From positions 1,302,001 to 1,366,000 of the forward strand of contig OZ025780.1 in the NCBI GenBank assembly GCA_964019425.1: a DNA stretch of 64,000 nucleotides. The letters run 5' to 3'. Below the pieces are notes generated by a model. That model saw only the letters and a list, made by a program, of their open reading frames with translations, was not told where the DNA came from and did no database searches. Of the stretch, positions 58,201 to 64,000 are shown in pieces. Position numbers and translations under genes: made by a program. The DNA comes from Flectonema sp. DT1601 (taxonomy: Eukaryota). How positions within the stretch are numbered: the stretch's first letter is position 1; each line of letters starts with the position of its first letter.

Positions 58201-61200
58201 TGAAGTAACCATTTTATTATTGAGTAGGTTTGTTTGACGCTATTTAAACCACCGTTTCCAAATGATGTTAAAACGAAGTTAGCAACCCAGTCAGTGTAGT
58301 TTTGTCCGTTTGGTGTTTCAATTCTAATCACTGACAGGACTTGACTGTTATCAGTAGATGGACGTACTGCTTCAACTCTAATGAAGGATTTAATAAAAGT
58401 CCTTGAAAATTCCGATGACTGAAAAACATATTCAGAAATAGCCTCTGCCAACCCACTCGAAGAAAATTGCGAAGCCGCAATTTGATGAGTCAACTGTATA
58501 TCTGTTAAGGTATTTTTAACAGTGCTAGTGACTGTTTGAAACTGCCATTTGTTCTTTAACGAGTCTTGATTAGCAGCTGCTACTACGGAGTTTGCAACTG
58601 TATTTAAGTCTGGGAGCTTTGATGATTTAGGGACTAATACTTTAATAGTAACTTTAACAGAACTCGCAACAATGCTAGATATGATAAGTTGTGAACGTAG
58701 AATCGTAGAACCCGATGTAGTCATCGATGCATGGATGTCATCTAGTAATGAATTCTTCTTTGAAGGAGTCCAATCATCAACAACACCAGCCATGACAATG
58801 TCAACGGTCGCGCTCTGTTCTGACGCGCATTCTCCGTTAACTAACTCTGCGCATCCAGTAGTATCAGCGCATCTTAGACAAAGATTATCGACAGAATCAG
58901 TTTCTGTACAATTATCACAAGGCTCACACCAATTATTATATGAGACGCGGTCTTCACAATTGTCTGAAAATTTACAAGAATCCGAACAATAATACTGAGC
59001 TGGACACGACGCATGAATATTACTCGGACACTCCTCACCAGCACTGTCACTAGAGATTAGCAAGTATGACGACACACTAAAAGAATCAAGAAAGTCACTA
59101 ATACTGTCATTGAATCGGCTGTCTGATGAAGTGATTTCTGTAAGTGGAACAGAGTAGATAACATGATTAAAGAATCTGATATAAATAGAGATAACTTCTT
59201 TATGGATTGAAAGTTGAGTTGTTGTTGATCCGAATCGAAGGACAGTTGCAACTGTTGAGTCAGTTTGAGTGATAGAAATAAACCTAATCCAAGCAGTGTC
59301 ATTTAATAGAACATTTGAAGAGAGTTCATCATCACCACTATTGAGATACGATCTAGTAAGACTAACTAACTCAGTGGCTAGATTTGATCTTCTTGATGGA
59401 GGCCATGCCACCAAGCCATCCGTATGCTCTAATTTCATGTCTCTGTACTTATATTCCGTCGCAATCATATTTATCGTTTTTAAGTTGTGTACGTCTGCCA
59501 ATATAGTCACCGCAGCCCCACCAGATGATAAAAACATTTTCAAATCATCAGTTCGATTCCCTGCCAATTCACTCATCGATTTAGGAAATAATATAATTAA
59601 TTCAAATCCTATCATTCCGTTATTATCGAGAGAGGAACTTCTTATTAATTGAAATTGATCAACTGTGAAGAATTGTTCACGTGGCCAATTAGAATCCACC
59701 AAGTCAATAATATCTCTGAGGAGGTCACTCGATCTGTTTTTTTTATTATTTGTAGTGAATGAGATACATAAAGAAGTCTATTGCATTACCAATTAAAAAT
59801 ACAAATCTGGTGGTTAGTTGTTAAAATAAAATAATAACATACTCATTAATAATGTCTAAAGAAGAAGTCAGTGGGATCGATCCCCTATTGCTAGATGGAC
59901 ACTCCCCTCGAATATACGTCGCTTCGGTACATCCGTCAAAACAGCGAGCCTCACAACTTACATTTGATGGGGTCGCAATACCAGAATTACAGTAAGAGCA
60001 ATCTTCACAAACCTGTATTGGATTATCTGAGTTAAATCTATCATAAGCACCTAGCTCTGCAGCAACACAAAGTTCTGGAGGATGTAAACCAAGACATTGT
60101 AGGGAACAAAATTGATCAGACGAACAATCATTTTCCGAGTTACACAAGAAATCAGGATTCAATAACGGCATAATAACAACATCACTAATTCCGTATGTCT
60201 TCGTAATATCGCTATTCGAGTCTGATAACTCCGCGAACAGGATTTCCAACAAAAGTGATGACGTTTTAATACCCGGTAACCTAAGCAATAATACTAATGA
60301 AGAGATCCCCTGCTGTTCAAATGCACGAACAGATAACCAATTAGAATCAACTGGGAAGATTTCAAAAGGATTTGATCCAATAGTTTTGAGTAGTCGTTGT
60401 TGACCAGATTCAGTGCTCGTTTCATTGCCTAAGACTCCAACTACATCTGAAATAAATAAATTTATTTTATTTAATACCCACAAAGAATATGACAACCGTG
60501 ACTTCATGAACAACTCACCAGCACCGATCTGCATATCCGATAACAGTTTGCCGTTTATTGAATGAATTTGCCATTTGTAACCAATCTCACTGCGTAAGAT
60601 GAAATCTTCAATCGTTTGTACCAAAGAAGCAAGTAGCGAGCTATCATGGACTCCGTTATCAGGAAGTGGTATCATTATGCTGAATGATAAGATAGAGTTT
60701 GGTGTTGTTCTATTAGAGTCAAGTTGAGCCATACCAATATCAAAAAATTGATTAGCAGAAATGACTGTGCCGTTAATCAAATCAACCATGAAATCAGACA
60801 CAGAAACTTCTGCTTCTTTCCATCGGTCTTCCCCAGGCCATGCTAGAATTTCTATCTCTTCATGAGTTGGTGAAGCACAATTAGAACCGACGTAGACTCC
60901 GCAATTCATATTCAAACAGATATTACACGATGATGAAATTGAGTTTTCGTTAGAACACTTGTCGCAGCTGTTGCAGATACTACCCTGTTGTGTATTGGAA
61001 CAGAACATTGAAATCCCACAGAAGTTGTGATTATTACAACTAGAACCTACTAATATTAATGGTAAAAGCTCAACATTAGTAACCTGAAATTGATCAGTGA
61101 AATCAGACGAGGATGCGATCCAGTCTGTAATCAGTTGAGAAACATTATTTGAAAGGACGTCATCGGTAGCCGACAATCTTATAATCAGACTTGTTGTGTT

Positions 61201-64000
61201 CTCATCTGGAAATCTAATTTTTTGAATTCTCAAAGAGAATATCGGTACCAAGTCACTTATAGATGTTGTTTTTGATAGATTTCCCTCCCTCAACAAGTCC
61301 GTAAGGTGAGACTGAATATCTGATTGCCAACTCACTACTAAGTCACTTGATGATGTGTCTCGCAGCAAAAATTCAATATCCCTAAATGGTGATGGCGATA
61401 CAATCATAGAATTCACAGCCTGAATGCCAAACGATGATTGAAATTTGTCTTCCGAAATTCTTCCTATCAAAGAGAGTACCGTGCTGTCAAGTAGTTGCTG
61501 TGGATTTGGATCATTTTGTGGTACATAAATAGATAAAGTCATAATTACACTACCAGATGATATACTAATTAGTTGTATCTGTGTTCGAGTCGCAATCCCT
61601 GAAGACAGTTCAGAAATGAATTGTTCACTACTAACATTGTAGTCATCAATATCAGCGAAGAATACCACTGATAGAGATCCAATGATAGATTCATGTGCAC
61701 AAACAACTTCGTTAGATTCGACTGTGATAAAAGTATCACAGGCAATGCCTATGCAAGCATCACAATTTCCTGATCGTGAATTAGACGGAGTGCACTCATC
61801 ACAATTTCTACACCTTGAAGACTCATTTGTTAATTGTGCGCAATACATCCCCTGAGGTAAACCCTTCATTGATAAACAATCTCTGTCAGTAAAGCAGTCC
61901 TTTTCAGGAGCGATTAAGTCGATTATTGATATTTCTTTAATTTCATAGTCATCCAAGAACGTCGAATTAGAATTTAATAAATCCACCAGCTGAGTAATAA
62001 CCGTAAAGGCGCTGAATGGGTCTTCTTGTCCCTCAGTGATTTCAGCTCTGACTATTAGCTGAGATTCTTTGTTATTCCCATCCACGTCAATTGATATTAA
62101 ATAAAAATTTACTTTGGTTGATGAAATTTTTATTTTATTGTATAACAGTGTAATGTCTGAGAGAATAAGTCTTTGTTGTGATGGTGGCCACTGACCAGTT
62201 GAGTTATAGCCGTCATTGAACTCTGACATCATTAACATATCTCTATAACCTATCTGAGCAACTGTGTTGTTGTCAAATATAACAATAGAGTTTTGTCTTA
62301 TAAAAGTTTCATTTTTAATAACATAGTCAACAAGAACGTCTCTGATATCTGAGAGAGCAGTAGCAGCATTCGAAGCATCCGCAAAGAGATAAAGTGAAAA
62401 TTCAGCGACCAGTTCAGAATCACTACTGCGAATGATGTTTATGTCTAGGTTTCTATCTGTGATGGTGTAGTTGGTAGCAAACTGTTTCCATGGAAGTTCA
62501 TACCGAATGTCATATATTAGATTATGAATTTTATTAGAATCAGATAGGCTAATTAATATTTCTAAATTTTCAGAATGTGCGCAAAGGTTTCCAATAAATC
62601 CGAATTCACAACCCAACTGACAATCATCACATCGTGAAGAAGGAGATTTATTATCTTCTTCACAAGTCTTACATGAAAGACACCAACCAGGTTGTTGATT
62701 ATCGTCGAGCACATCACAAACAGTTTGTGAATCTGAAGTACAATTCGAAGAACAAAACAAAGAATCACTGCAATCGTCGGAAGACTCACAATAGGTTCCT
62801 GGGTAATCTATTTTCAACACTGATGCTTCACTAGGTATGAAGTCACCTGGCATTAGATTCCCTGGTTTGGACGTTCGTACGATTTGCCAAGCAAGAGTAT
62901 CCAGAGAGATATCCTTATCAGTGGCTTGGAGCCGGACTCGAACTTCGTCTTGTGAGTTACTTCCGGTGGTGGGTTGGTATGAAATAATTGAAACATCAAC
63001 TGCAGGGATACCGATGATGTTTTTTAACCCAACGACAAAAGAATTTTGCTTTGAGACTGTCCACAGTGAAGTTGATGCACCAATGAAGGAAATATCACGA
63101 TAAGGTACATATCCGAGAAATACATCATCAACGGACCAGATTCTCCATGCGAACCTGAGCACTGAGGATGAGAGTTTTGTTATAAATGTTGATTTCGTCA
63201 TTTCCAACTCTTTCTTAACATCCGATACAGTATCAGGTACAAGTAATTCAAGTAATATGAGAACACTCGAGTTATCAAAAGAAACAGGTCGGATCCAATC
63301 TCTTTCAATTATATTATTGTTGTTGAGGTCTGATAAGAATTTCTCAAGTGTTTTTGAAGTAAATTTTTCAGGATCTTGAAAGAGACGGATCGCGACTTTA
63401 GATGTGTCTTCGTGAGCACACTGACCGTTTACAAAAACTTTACATTTTATTCTCTCACAGCGATCACATGTATTTGTTAAAGAGTTATTTTGTCTACACA
63501 AAAAACAAGGAGAACACCAACCGAAATCATCTGACGAGTCGTCAGCATCATCACACATGAAGGAACTACAATTTAATGAACAATATTGATCGACTCCGCA
63601 GTCTTGATGAGTTGCACAAATACTACCCAAACGTGTTTGGTTTGAAATGATCATCGTTATAACATCAAAAGTATCGATGAATTCAGAGTCATCAATCAAC
63701 TTCGATAACAACCATTTAGCAATAATTGAAACAGATGTTGGTCTAGGAATCACATTAAGTCTGATGGTAATGTCAGTGTTGTTTTCATTTTCAACCATTG
63801 ATTGGATTGTTATAGATTTCAGTATCGAGCTCCAATTAGTTTGCAATTCAGTTGTCATGTAACTAATAATATTAGATTGCCTTGAGTATGGCCAATTGGA
63901 ACTGTTTCCTGCTACTCTGATTAGAAAATCCTTATTTCCTATGTCGGAAACGTACACATCGTCCACTGAATGAATGTCATACGTCTTAGTAAGGACATCA
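55223..64000 (-). CDS. Giant type-I receptor-like protein (>2840 aa, 5'-truncated): alternating Cys-rich and SEA-like modules, one TM, multidomain cytoplasmic tail (exons >63999-59843, 59733-56338, 56273-56018, 55945-55223)
   Basis: Three GTATGT...CAG introns join four listed ORFs in frame. Repeated C..H/D.DC....FC...C..C..C...C...G.CA modules, GSV(V/I) strands and TM VIVGIVLGVVGGLTCGAILWYFILW. The frame is open at the window end. Confidence 0.85.

Overview
AT-rich eukaryotic nuclear DNA. All ~22 credible protein genes lie head-to-tail on the minus strand. They have short GT-AG introns and pyrimidine-rich AG sites just upstream of start codons. This layout suggests a euglenozoan with polycistronic transcription, spliced-leader (SL) trans-splicing and cis-splicing, probably a diplonemid (inference). 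Genes: VWA secreted protein (partial), TMEM151-like, three paralogous type-I membrane proteins built from an unrecognised six-Cys module with an ATG27/M6PR-like tail, a propeller + 'YHCPPCS' secreted protein, an ankyrin-like protein, a divergent ORC5-like ATPase, TVP23, a Baeyer-Villiger monooxygenase, GT8 and GT15 glycosyltransferases, TTLL, a probably mitochondrial hybrid cluster protein, a granulin-like + propeller protein, a UBC-WWE-C2-SPRY E2, a KCTD-type BTB protein, TSR4/PDCD2L and a giant (>2800 aa) Cys-rich/SEA-like receptor. Non-coding features: a 1.7-kb Mutator/Foldback-like element, an interspersed repeat with a hammerhead-like core, a ~50-bp minisatellite and candidate structured RNAs. 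The most unusual signal is the splice grammar. Cis-intron acceptors are A/C-rich with no pyrimidine tract, putative trans-splice acceptors are U-rich, and CAG|GTA sites recur in 5' leaders. Gene models were built by hand by reading frame; no searches were run.
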